The notes under the pieces: generated by a model | The model's input: the letters and a program-made list of their open reading frames with translations, nothing else | What the model was told of the DNA's origin: nothing | Database searches by the model: none | Position numbers and translations under genes: made by a program | DNA from: the human T2T-CHM13v2.0 reference genome, Homo sapiens | DNA: 64,000 nucleotides | Assembly (NCBI RefSeq): GCF_009914755.1 | Contig: NC_060925.1 | Strand: one strand, 5' to 3' | Part shown: positions 13,638-28,811 of the stretch, in pieces | Numbering within the stretch: the first letter of the stretch is position 1 | How the letters are laid out: every line of letters begins with the position of its first letter

Positions 13638-16600
13638 ATGGAATCGTCATCGAATGAATTGAATGTAATCATCGAATGGTCTCGAATGGAATCATCTTCA
13701 AATGGAATGGAATGGAATCATCGCATAGAATCGAATGGAATTATCATCGAATGGAATCGAATGGAATCAACATCAAACGGAAAAATACGGAATTATCGAA
13801 TGGAATCGAAGAGAATCATCGAATGGACCCGAATGGAATCATCTAAAGGAATGGAATGGAATAATCCATGGACTCGAATGCAATCATCATCCAATGGAAT
13901 CGAATGGAATCATCGAATGGACTCGAATGGAATAATCATTGAACGGAATCGAATGGAATCATCATCGGATGGAAATGAATGGAATCATCATCGAATGGAA
14001 TCGAATAGAATTATGGAATGAAATCCAGTGTGATCATCATCGAATGGACCCTAATGGAATCATCATCCAACGGAAGCTAATGGAATCAACATCGAATGAA
14101 TCGAATGGAAACACCATCGAATTGAAACGAATGGAATTATCATGAAATTGAAATGGATGGACTCATCATCGAATGGATTCGAATGGAATCATCGAATAAA
14201 ATTGATTGAAATCATCATCCAATGGAATCGAATGGTATCATTGAATGGAATCGAATGGAATCATCATCAGATGGAAATGAATGGAATCGTCATAGAATGG
14301 AATCGAATGGATTCATTGAATGGAATCAGATGGAATCATCGAATGGACTGGAATGGAATCATTGAATGGACTCGAAAGGGATCATGATTGAATGGAATTG
14401 AATGGAATCATCGAATGGTCTCGATTGGAATCATTATCAAATGGAATCGAATGGAATCACCGAATAGAATCGAATGGAACAATCATCGAATGGACTCAAA
14501 TGGAATTATCCTCCAATGGAATCGAATGGAATTATCGAATGCAATCGAATGGAATTATCGAATGCAATCGAATAGAATCATCGAATGGACTCGAATGGAA
14601 TCATCGAATGGAATGGAATGGAACAGTCAATGAACTCGAATGGAATCATCATTGAATGGAATCGAATGGAATCATCGAGTGGAATCGAATGGAATTATGA
14701 TCAAATGGAATCGAATGTAATCATCATCAAATGGAATCAAAAATAACCATCATCAATTGGTATTGAATGGAATTGTCATCAAATGGAATTCAAAGGAATC
14801 ATCATCAAATGGAACCGAATGGAATCCTCATTGAATGGAAATGAAAGGGGTCATCATCTAATGGAATCGCATGGAATCATCATCAAATGGAATCGAATGG
14901 AATCATCATCAAATGGAATCTAATGGAATCATTGAACAGAATTGAATGGAATCGTCATCGAATGAATTGAATGCAATCATCGAATGGTCTCGAATGGAAT
15001 CATCTTCTAATGGAAAGGAATGGAATCATCGCATAGAATCGAATGGAATTATCATCGAATGGAATCGAATGGTATCAACACCAAACGGAAAAAAACGGAA
15101 TTATCGAATGGAATCGAAGAGAATCTTCGAACGGACCCGAATGGAATCATCTAATGGAATGGAATGGAATAATCCATGGACTCGAATGCAATCATCATCG
15201 AATGGAATCGAATGGAATCATCGAATGGACTCGAATGGAATAATCATTGAACGGAATCGATTGGAATCATCATCGGATGGAAACGAATGGAATCATCATC
15301 GAATGGAAATGAAAGGAGTCATCATCTAATGGAATTGCATGGAATCATCATAAAATGGAATCGAATGGAATCAACGTCAAATGGAATCAAATGGAATCAT
15401 TGAACGGAATTGAATGGAATCGTCATCGAATGAATTGACTGCAATCATCCAATGGTCTCGAATGGAATCATCTTCAAATGGAATGGAATGGAATCATCGC
15501 ATAAAATCGAATGGAATTATCATCGAATGGAATCGAATGGAATCAACATCCAACGGAAAAAAACGGAATTATCGAATGGAATCGAAGAGAATCATCGAAT
15601 GGACCCGAATGGAATCATCTAATGGAATGGAATGGAATAATCCATGGACTCGAATGCAATCATCATCGAATGGAATCGAATGGAATCATCGAATGGACTC
15701 GAATGGAATAATCATTGAACGGAATCGAATGGAATCATCATCGGATGGAAATGAATGGAATCATCATCGAATGGAATCGAATAGAATTATGGAATGAAAT
15801 CCAGTGTGATCATCATCGAATGGACCCGAATGGAATCATCATCCAACGGAAGCTAATGGAATCAACATCGAATGAATCAAATGGAAACACCATCGAATTG
15901 AAACGAATGGAATTATCATGAAATTGAAATGGATGGACTCATCATCGAATGGATTCGAATGGAATCATCGAATAAAATTGATTGAAATCATCATCGAATG
16001 GAATCGAATGGTATCATTGAATGGAATCGAATGGAATCATCATCAGATGGAAATGAATGGAATCGTCATAGAATGGAATCGAATGGATTCATTGAAAGGA
16101 ATCAGATGGAATCATCGAATGGACTGGAATTGAATCATTGAATGGACTCGAAAGGGATCATGTTTGAATGGAATTTAATGGAATCATCGAATGGTCTCGA
16201 TTGGAATCATTATCAAATGGAATCGAATGGAATCACCGAATAGAATCGAATGGAACAATCATCGAATGGACTCAAATGGAATTATCCTCAAATGGAATCG
16301 AATGGAATTATCAAATGCAATCGAATGGAATTATCGAATGCAATCGAATAGAATCATCGAATGGACTCGAATGGAATCATCGAATGGAATGGAATGGAAC
16401 AGTCAATGAACTCGAATGGAATCATCATTGAATGGAATCGAATGGAATCATCGAGTGGAATCGAATGGAATTATGATCAAATGGAATCGAATGTTATCAT
16501 CATCAAATGGAATCAAAAATAACCATCATCAATTGGTATTGAATGGAATTGTCATCAAATGGAATTCAAAGGAATCATCATCAAATGGAACCGAATGGAA

Positions 16601-17189
16601 TCCTCATAGAATGGAAATGAAAGGGGTCATCATCTAATGGAATCGCATGGAATCATCATCAAATGGAATCGAATGGAATCATCATCAAATGGAATCTAAT
16701 GGAATCATTGAACAGAATTGAATGGAATCGTCATCGAATGAATTGAATGCAATCATCGAATGGTCTCGAATGGAATCATCTTCTAATGGAAAGGAATGGA
16801 ATCATCGCATAGAATCGAATGGAATTATCATCGAATGGAATCGAATGGTATCAACACCAAACGGAAAAAAACGGAATTATCGAATGGAATCGAAGAGAAT
16901 CTTCGAACGGACCCGAATGGAATCATCTAATGGAATGGAATGGAATAATCCATGAACTCGAATGCAATCATCATCGAATGGAATCGAATGGAATCATCGA
17001 ATGGACTCGAATGGAATAATCATTGAACAGAATCGAATGGAATCATCATCGGATGGAAACGAATGGAATCATCATCGAATGGAAATGAAAGGAGTCATCA
17101 TCTAATGGAATTGCATGGAATCATCATAAAATGGAATCGAATGGAATCAACATCAAATGGAATCAAATGGAATCATTGAACGGAATTGA

Positions 17190-20100
17190 ATGGAATCGTC
17201 ATCGAATGAATTGACTGCAATCATCCAATGGTCTCGAATGGAATCATCTTCAAATGGAATGGAATGGAATCATCGCATAGAATCGAATGGAATTATCATC
17301 GAATGGAATCGAATGGAATCAACATCAAACGGAAAAAAACGGAATTATCGAATGGAATCGAAGAGAATCATCGAATGGACCCGAATGGAATCATCTAATG
17401 GAATGGAATGGAATAATCGATGGACTCGAATGCAATCATCATCGAATGGAATCGAATGGAATCATCGAATGGACTCGAATGGAATAATGATTGAACGGAA
17501 TAGAATGGAATCATCATCGGATGGAAATGAATGGAATCATCATCGAATGGAATCGAATAGAATTATGGAATGAAATCCAATGTGATCATCATCGAATGGA
17601 CCCGAATGGAATCATCATCCAACGGAAGCTAATGGAATCAACATCGAATGAATCGAATGGAAACACCATCAAATTGAAACGAATGGAATTATCATGAAAT
17701 TGAAATGGATGGACTCATCATCGAATGGATTAATGGAATCATCGAATAAAATTGATTGAAATCATCATCGAATGGAATCGAATGGTATCACTGAATGGAA
17801 TCGAATGGAATCATCATCAGATGGAAATGAATGGAATCGTCATAGAATGGAATCGAATGGATTCATTGAATGGAATCAGATGGAATCATCGAATGGACTG
17901 GAATGGAATCATTGAGTGGACTCGAAAGGGATCATGATTGAATGGAATTGAATGGAATCATCGAATGGTCTCGATTGGAATCATTATCAAATGGAATCGA
18001 ATGGAATCACCGAATAGAATCGAATGGAACAATCATCGAATGGACTCAAATGGAATTATCCTCAAATGGAATCGAATGGAATTATCAAATGCAATCGAAT
18101 GGAATTATCGAATGCAATCGAATAGAATCATCGAATGGACTCGAATGGAATCATCGAATGGAATGGAATGGAACAGTCAATGAACTCGAATGGAATCATC
18201 ATTGAATGGAATCGAATGGAATCATCGAGTGGAATCGAATGGAATTATGATCAAATGGAATCGAATGTTATCATCATCAAATGGAATCAAAAATAACCAT
18301 CATCAATTGGTATTGAATGGAATTGTCATCAAATGGAATTCAAAGGAATCATCATCAAATGGAACCGAATGGAATCCTCATTGAATGGAAATGAAAGGGG
18401 TCATCATCTAATGGAATCGCATGGAATCATCATCAAATGGAATCGAATGGAATCATCATCAAATGGAATCTAATGGAATCATTGAACAGAATTGAATGGA
18501 ATCGTCATCGAATGAATTGAATGCAATCATCGAATGGTCTCGAATGGAATCATCTTCTAATGGAAAGGAATGGAATCATCGCATAGAATCGAATGGAATT
18601 ATCATCGAATGGAATCGAATGGTATCAACACCAAACGGAAAAAAACGGAATTATCGAATGGAATCGAAGAGAATCTTCGAACGGACCCGAATGGAATCAT
18701 CTAATGGAATGGAATGGAATAATCCATGAACTCGAATGCAATCATCATCGAATGGAATCGAATGGAATCATCGAATGGACTCGAATGGAATAATCATTGA
18801 ACAGAATCGAATGGAATCATCATCGGAGGGAAACGAATGGAATCATCATCGAATGGAAATGAAAGGAGTCATCATCTAATGGAATTGCATGGAATCATCA
18901 TAAAATGGAATCGAATGGAATCAACATCAAATGGAATCAAATGGAATCATTGAACGGAATTGAATGGAATCGTCATCGAATGAATTGACTGCAATCATCC
19001 AATGGTCTCGAATGGAATCATCTTCAAATGGAATGGAATGGAATCATCGCATAGAATCGAATGGAATTATCATCGAATGGAATCGAATGGAATCAACATC
19101 AAACGGAAAAAAACGGAATTATCGAATGGAATCGAAGAGAATCATCGAATGGACCCGAATGGAATCATCTAATGGAATGGAATGGAATAATCGATGGACT
19201 CGAATGCAATCATCATCGAATGGAATCGAATGGAATCATCGAATGGACTCGAATGGAATAATCATTGAACGGAATAGAATGGAATCATCATCGGATGGAA
19301 ATGAATGGAATCATCATCGAATGGAATCGAATAGAATTATGGAATGAAATCCAGTGTGATCATCATCGAATGGACCCGAATGGAATCATCATCCAACGGA
19401 AGCTAATGGAATCAACATCGAATGAATCGAATGGAAACACCATCAAATTGAAACGAATGGAATTATCATGAAATTGAAATGGATGGACTCATCATCGAAT
19501 GGATTAATGGAATCATCGAATAAAATTGATTGAAATCATCATCCAATGGAATCGAATGGTATCACTGAATGGAATCGAATGGAATCATCATCAGATGGAA
19601 ATGAATGGAATCGTCATAGAATGGAATCGAATGGATTCATTGAATGGAATCAGATGGAATCATCGAATGGACTGGAATGGAATCATTGAATGTACTCGAA
19701 AGGGATCATGATTGAATGGAATTGAATGGAATCATCGAATGGTCTCGATTGGAATCATTATCAAATGGAATCGAATGGAATCACCGAATAGAATCGAATG
19801 GAACAATCATCGAATGGACTCAAATGGAATTATCCTCCAATGGAATCGAATGGAATTATCGAATGCAATCGAATGGAATTATCGAATGCAATCGAATAGA
19901 ATCATCGAATGGACTCGAATGGAATCATCGAATGGAATGGAATGGAACAGTCAATGAACTCGAATGGAATCATCATTGAATGGAATCGAATGGAATCATC
20001 GAGTGGAATCGAATGGAATTATGATCAAATGGAATCGAATGTAATCATCATCAAATGGAATCAAAAATAACCATCATCAATTGGTATTGAATGGAATTGT

Positions 20101-23100
20101 CATCAAATGGAATTCAAAGGAATCATCATCAAATGGAACCGAATGGAATCCTCATTGAATGGAAATGAAAGGGGTCATCATCTAATGGAATCGCATGGAA
20201 TCATCATCAAATGGAATCGAATGGAATCATCATCAAATGGAATCTAATGGAATCATTGAACAGAATTGAATGGAATCGTCATCGAATGAATTGAATGCAA
20301 TCATCGAATGGTCTCGAATGGAATCATCTTCTAATGGAAAGGAATGGAATCATCGCATAGAATCGAATGGAATTATCATCGAATGGAATCGAATGGTATC
20401 AACACCAAACGGAAAAAAACGGAATTATCGAATGGAATCGAAGAGAATCTTCGAACGGACCCGAATGGAATCATCTAATGGAATGGAATGGAATAATCCA
20501 TGAACTCGAATGCAATCATCATCGAATGGAATCGAATGGAATCATCGAATGGACTCGAATGGAATAATCATTGAACGGAATCGATTGGAATCATCATCGG
20601 ATGGAAACGAATGGAATCATCATCGAATGGAAATGAAAGGAGTCATCATCTAATGGAATTGCATGGAATCATCATAAAATGTAATCGAATGGAATCAACA
20701 TCAAATGGAATCAAATGGAATCATTGAACGGAATTGAATGGAATCGTCATCGAATGAATTGACTGCAATCATCCAATGGTCTCGAATGGAATCATCTTCA
20801 AATGGAATGGAATGGAATCATCGCATAGAATCGAATGGAATTATCATCGAATGGAATCGAATGGAATCAACATCAAACGGAAAAAAACGGAATTATCGAA
20901 TGGAATCGAAGAGAATCATCGAATGGACCCGAATGGAATCATCTAATGGAATGGAATGGAATAATCGATGGACTCGAATGCAATCATCATCGAATGGAAT
21001 CGAATGGAATCATCGAATGGACTCGAATGGAATAATCATTGAACGGAATAGAATGGAATCATCATCGGATGGAAATGAATGGAATCATCATCGAATGGAA
21101 TCGAATAGAATTATGGAATGAAATCCAGTGTGATCATCATCGAATGGACCCGAATGGAATCATCATCCAACGGAAGCTAATGGAATCAACATCGAATGAA
21201 TCGAATGGAAACACCATCAAATTGAAACGAATGGAATTATCATGAAATTGAAATGGATGGACTCATCATCGAATGGATTCGAATGGAATCATCGAATAAA
21301 ATTGATTGAAATCATCATCCAATGGAATCGAATGGTATCACTGAATGGAATCGAATGGAATCATCATCAGATGGAAATGAATGGAATCGTCATAGAATGG
21401 AATCGAATGGATTCATTGAATGGAATCAGATGGAATCATCGAATGGACTGGAATGGAATCATTGAATGTACTCGAAAGGGATCATGATTGAATGGAATTG
21501 AATGGAATCATCGAATGGTCTCGATTGGAATCATTATCAAATGGAATCGAATGGAATCACCGAATAGAATCGAATGGAACAATCATCGAATGGACTCAAA
21601 TGGAATTATCCTCCAATGGAATCGAATGGAATTATCGAATGCAATCGAATGGAATTATCGAATGCAATCGAATAGAATCATCGAATGGACTCGAATGGAA
21701 TCATCGAATGGAATGGAATGGAACAGTCAATGAACTCGAATGGAATCATCATTGAATGGAATCGAATGGAATCATCGAGTGGAATCGAATGGAATTATGA
21801 TCAAATGGAATCGAATGTAATCATCATCAAATGGAATCAAAAATAACCATCATCAATTGGTATTGAATGGAATTGTCATCAAATGGAATTCAAAGGAATC
21901 ATCATCAAATGGAACCGAATGGAATCCTCATTGAATGGAAATGAAAGGGGTCATCATCTAATGGAATCGCATGGAATCATCATCAAATGGAATCGAATGG
22001 AATCATCATCAAATGGAATCTAATGGAATCATTGAACAGAATTGAATGGAATCGTCATCGAATGAATTGAATGCAATCATCGAATGGTCTCGAATGGAAT
22101 CATCTTCTAATGGAAAGGAATGGAATCATCGCATAGAATCGAATGGAATTATCATCGAATGGAATCGAATGGTATCAACACCAAACGGAAAAAAACGGAA
22201 TTATCGAATGGAATCGAAGAGAATCTTCGAACGGACCCGAATGGAATCATCTAATGGAATGGAATGGAATAATCCATGGACTCGAATGCAATCATCATCA
22301 AATGGAATCGAATGGAATCATCGAATGGACTCGAATGGAATAATCATTGAACGGAATCGATTGGAATCATCATCGGATGGAAACGAATGGAATCATCATC
22401 GAATGGAAATGAAAGGAGTCATCATCTAATGGAATTGCATGGAATCATCATAAAATGTAATCGAATGGAATCAACATCAAATGGAATCAAATGGAATCAT
22501 TGAACGGAATTGAATGGAATCGTCATCGAATGAATTGACTGCAATCATCCAATGGTCTCGAATGGAATCATCTTCAAATGGAATGGAATGGAATCATCGC
22601 ATAGAATCGAATGGAATTATCATCGAATGGAATCGAATGGAATCAACATCCAACGGAAAAAAACGGAATTATCGAATGGAATCGAAGAGAATCATCGAAT
22701 GGACCCGAATGGAATCATCTAATGGAATGGAATGGAATAATCCATGGACTCGAATGCAATCATCATCGAATGGAATCGAATGGAATCATCGAATGGACTC
22801 GAATGGAATAATCATTGAACGGAATCGAATGGAATCATCATCGGATGGAAATGAATGGAATCATCATCGAATGGAATCGAATAGAATTATGGAATGAAAT
22901 CCAGTGTGATCATCATCGAATGGACCCGAATGGAATCATCATCCAACGGAAGCTAATGGAATCAACATCGAATGAATCAAATGGAAACACCATCGAATTG
23001 AAACGAATGGAATTATCATGAAATTGAAATGGATGGACTCATCATCGAATGGATTCGAATGGAATCATCGAATAAAATTGTTTGAAATCATCATCGAATG

Positions 23101-26063
23101 GAATCGAATGGTATCATTGAATGGAATCGAATGGAATCATCATCAGATGGAAATGAATGGAATCGTCATAGAATGGAATCGAATGGATTCATTGAATGGA
23201 ATCAGATGGAATCATCGAATGGACTGGAATGGAATCATTGAGTGGACTCGAAAGGGATCATGATTGAATGGAATTGAATGGAATCATCGAATGGTCTCGA
23301 TTGGAATCATTATCAAATGGAATCGAATGGAATCACCGAATAGAATCGAATGGAACAATCATCGAATGGACTCAAATGGAATTATCCTCAAATGGAATCG
23401 AATGGAATTATCAAATGCAATCGAATGGAATTATCGAATGCAATCGAATAGAATCATCGAATGGACTCGAATGGAATCATCGAATGGAATGGAATGGAAC
23501 AGTCAATGAACTCGAATGGAATCATCATTGAATGGAATCGAATGGAATCATCGAGTGGAATCGAATTGAATTATGATCAAATGGAATCGAATGTTATCAT
23601 CATCAAATGGAATCAAAAATAACCATCATCAATTGGTATTGAATGGAATTGTCATCAAATGGAATTCAAAGGAATCATCATCAAATGGAACCGAATGGAA
23701 TCCTCATTGAATGGAAATGAAAGGGGTCATCATCTAATGGAATCGCATGGAATCATCATCCAATGGAATCGAATGGAATCATCATCAAATGGAATCTAAT
23801 GGAATCATTGAACAGAATTGAATGGAATCGTCATCGAATGAATTGAATGCAATCATCGAATGGTCTCGAATGGAATCATCTTCTAATGGAAAGGAATGGA
23901 ATCATCGCATAGAATCGAATGGAATTATCATCGAATGGAATCGAATGGTATCAACACCAAACGGAAAAAAACGGAATTATCGAATGGAATCGAAGAGAAT
24001 CTTCGAACGGACCCGAATGGAATCATCTAATGGAATGGAATGGAATAATCCATGAACTCGAATGCAATCATCATCGAATGGAATCGAATGGAATCATCGA
24101 ATGGACTCGAATGGAATAATCATTGAACAGAATCGAATGGAATCATCATCGGATGGAAACGAATGGAATCATCATCGAATGGAAATGAAAGGAGTCATCA
24201 TCTAATGGAATTGCATGGAATCATCATAAAATGGAATCGAATGGAATCAACATCAAATGGAATCAAATGGAATCATTGAACGGAATTGAATGGAATCGTC
24301 ATCGAATGAATTGACTGCAATCATCCAATGGTCTCGAATGGAATCATCTTCAAATGGAATGGAATGGAATCATCGCATAGAATCGAATGGAATTATCATC
24401 GAATGGAATCGAATGGAATCAACATCAAACGGAAAAAAACGGAATTATCGAATGGAATCGAAGAGAATCATCGAATGGACCCGAATGGAATCATCTAATG
24501 GAATGGAATGGAATAATCGATGGACTCGAATGCAATCATCATCGAATGGAATCGAATGGAATCATCGAATGGACTCGAATGGAATAATCATTGAACGGAA
24601 TAGAATGGAATCATCATCGGATGGAAATGAATGGAATCATCATCGAATGGAATCGAATAGAATTATGGAATGAAATCCAGTGTGATCATCATCGAATGGA
24701 CCCGAATGGAATCATCATCCAACGGAAGCTAATGGAATCAACATCGAATGAATCGAATGGAAACACCATCAAATTGAAACGAATGGAATTATCATGAAAT
24801 TGAAATGGATGGACTCATCATCGAATGGATTAATGGAATCATCGAATAAAATTGATTGAAATCATCATCGAATGGAATCGAATGGTATCATTGAATGGAA
24901 TCGAATGGAATCATCATCAGATGGAAATGAATGGAATCGTCATAGAATGGAATCGAATGGATTCATTGAATGGAATCAGATGGAATCATCGAATGGACTG
25001 GAATGGAATCATTGAGTGGACTCGAAAGGGATCATGATTGAATGGAATTGAATGGAATCATCGAATGGTCTCGATTGGAATCATTATCAAATGGAATCGA
25101 ATGGAATCACCGAATAGAATCGAATGGAACAATCATCGAATGGACTCAAATGGAATTATCCTCAAATGGAATCGAATGGAATTATCAAATGCAAACGAAT
25201 GGAATTATCGAATGCAATCGAATAGAATCATCGAATGGACTCGAATGGAATCATCGAATGGAATGGAATGGAACAGTCAATGAACTCGAATGGAATCATC
25301 ATTGAATGGAATCGAATGGAATCATCGAGTGGAATCGAATGGAATTATGATCAAATGGAATCGAATGTTATCATCATCAAATGGAATCAAAAATAACCAT
25401 CATCAATTGGTATTGAATGGAATTGTCATCAAATGGAATTCAAAGGAATCATCATCAAATGGAACCGAATGGAATCCTCATTGAATGGAAATGAAAGGGG
25501 TCATCATCTAATGGAATCGCATGGAATCATCATCAAATGGAATCGAATGGAATCATCATCAAATGGAATCTAATGGAATCATTGAACAGAATTGAATGGA
25601 ATCGTCATCGAATGAATTGAATGCAATCATCGAATGGTCTCGAATGGAATCATCTTCTAATGGAAAGGAATGGAATCATCGCATAGAATCGAATGGAATT
25701 ATCATCGAATGGAATCGAATGGTATCAACACCAAACGGAAAAAAACGGAATTATCGAATGGAATCGAAGAGAATCTTCGAACGGACCCGAATGGAATCAT
25801 CTAATGGAATGGAATGGAATAATCCATGAACTCGAATGCAATCATCATCGAATGGAATCGAATGGAATCATCGAATGGACTCGAATGGAATAATCATTGA
25901 ACGGAATCGATTGGAATCATCATCGGATGGAAACGAATGGAATCATCATCGAATGGAAATGAAAGGAGTCATCATCTAATGGAATTGCATGGAATCATCA
26001 TAAAATGGAATCGAATGGAATCAACATCAAATGGAATCAAATGGAATCATTGAACGGAATTGA
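17190..26063 (+). repeat. First cluster containing 1,774-bp units (CG dinucleotide deletion, GGATTCGAATGG to GGATTAATGG)
   Basis: GGATTAATGG near 17731, 19505 and 24831, with matching 1774-bp spacings. Confidence 0.9.
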
Positions 26064-28811
26064 ATGGAATCGTAATCGAATGAATTGACTGCAATCATCC
26101 AATGGTCTCGAATGGAATCATCTTCAAATGGAATGGAATGGAATCATCGCATAGAATCGAATGGAATTATCATCGAATGGAATCGAATGGAATCAACATC
26201 AAACGGAAAAAAACGGAATTATCAAATGGAATCGAAGAGAATCATCGAATGGACCCGAATGGAATCATCTAATGGAATGGAATGGAATAATCCATGGACT
26301 CGAATGCAATCATCATCGAATGGAATCGAATGGAATCATCGAATGGACTCGAATGGAATAATCATTGAACGGAATAGAATGGAATCATCATCGGATGGAA
26401 ATGAATGGAATCATCATCGAATGGAATCGAATAGAATTATGGAATGAAATCCAGTGTGATCATCATCGAATGGACCCGAATGGAATCATCATCCAACGGA
26501 AGCTAATGGAATCAACATCGAATGAATCGAATGGAAACACCATCGAATTGAAACGAATGGAATTATCATGAAATTGAAATGGATGGACTCATCATCGAAT
26601 GGATTCGAATGGAATCATCGAATAAAATTGATTGAAATCATCATCGAATGGAATCGAATGGTATCATTGAATGGAATCGAATGGAATCATCATCAGATGG
26701 AAATGAATGGAATCGTCATAGAATGGAATCGAATGGATTCATTGAATGGAATCAGATGGAATCATCGAATGGACTGGAATGGAATCATTGAATGGACTCG
26801 AAAGGGATCATGATTGAATGGAATTGAATGGAATCATCGAATGGTCTCGATTGGAATCATTATCAAATGGAATCGAATGGAATCACCGAATAGAATCGAA
26901 TGGAACAGTCATCGAACGGACTCAAATGGAATTATCCTCAAATGGAATCGAATGGAATTATCGAATGCAATCGAATGGAATTATCGAATGCAATCGAATA
27001 GAATGATCGAATGGACTCGAATGGAATCATCGAATGGAATGGAATGGAACAGTCAATGAACTCGAATGGAATCATCATTGAATGGAATCGAATGGAATCA
27101 TCGAGTGGAATCGAATGGAATTATGATCAAATGGAATCGAATGTAATCCTCATCAAATGGAATCAAAAATAACCATCATCAATTGGTATTGAATGGAATT
27201 GTCATCAAATGGAATTCAAAGGAATCATCATCAAATGGAACCGAATGGAATCCTCATTGAATGGAAATGAAAGGGGTCATCATCTAATGGAATCGCATGG
27301 AATCATCATCAAATGGAATCGAATGGAATCATCATCAAATGGAATCTAATGGAATCATTGAACAGAATTGAATGGAATCGTCATCGAATGAATTGAATGC
27401 AATCATCGAATGGTCTCGAATGGAATCATCTTCTAATGGAAAGGAATGGAATCATCGCATAGAATCGAATGGAATTATCATCGAATGGAATCGAATGGTA
27501 TCAACACCAAACGGAAAAAAACGGAATTATCGAATGGAATCGAAGAGAATCTTCGAACGGACCCGAATGGAATCATCTAATGGAATGGAATGGAATAATC
27601 GATGGACTCGAATGCAATCATCATCGAATGGAATCGAATGGAATCATCGAATGGACTCGAATGGAATAATCATTGAACGGAATCGAATGGAATCATCATC
27701 GGATGGAAACGAATGGAATCATCATCGAATGGAAATGAAAGGAGTCATCATCTAATGGAATTGCATGGAATCATCATAAAATGGAATCGAATGGAATCAA
27801 CATCAAATGGAATCAAATGGAATCATTGAACGGAATTGAATGGAATCGTCATCGAATGAATTGACTGCAATCATCCAATGGTCTCGAATGGAATCATCTT
27901 CAAATGGAATGGAATGGAATCATCGCATAGAATCGAATGGAATTATCATCGAATGGAATCGAATGGAATCAACATCAAACGGAAAAAAACGGAATTATCG
28001 ACTGGAATCGAAGAGAATCATCGAATGGACCCGAATGGAATCATCTAATGGAATGGAATGGAATAATCCATGGACTCGAATGCAATCATCATCGAATGGA
28101 ATCGAATGGAATCATCGAATGGACTCGAATGGAATAATCATTGAACGGAATCGAATGAAATCATCATCGGATGGAAATGAATGGAATCATCATCGAATGG
28201 AATCGAATAGAATTATGGAATGAAACCCAGTGTGATCATCATCGAATGGACCCGAATGGAATCATCATCCAACGGAAGCTAATGGAATCAACATCGAATG
28301 AATCGAATGGAAACACCATCGAATTGAAACGAATGGAATTATCATGAAATTGAAATGGATGGACTCATCATCGAATGGATTCGAATGGAATCATCGAATA
28401 AAATTGATTGAAATCATCATCCAATGGAATCGAATGGTATCATTGAATGGAATCGAATGGAATCATCATCAGATGGAAATGAATGGAATCGTCATAGAAT
28501 GGAATCGAATGGATTCATTGAATGGAATCAGATGGAATCATCGAATGGACTGGAATGGAATCATTGAATGGACTCGAAAGGGATCATTATTGAATGGAAT
28601 TGAATGGAATCATCGAATGGTCTCGATTCAATCATTATCAAGTGGAATCGAATGGAATCACCGAATAGAATCGAATGGAACAATCATCGAATGGACTCAA
28701 ATGGAATTATCCTCCAATGGAATCGAATGGAATTATCGAATGCAATCGAATGGAATTATCGAATGCAATCGAATAGAATCATCGAATGGACTCGAATGGA
28801 ATCATCGAATG

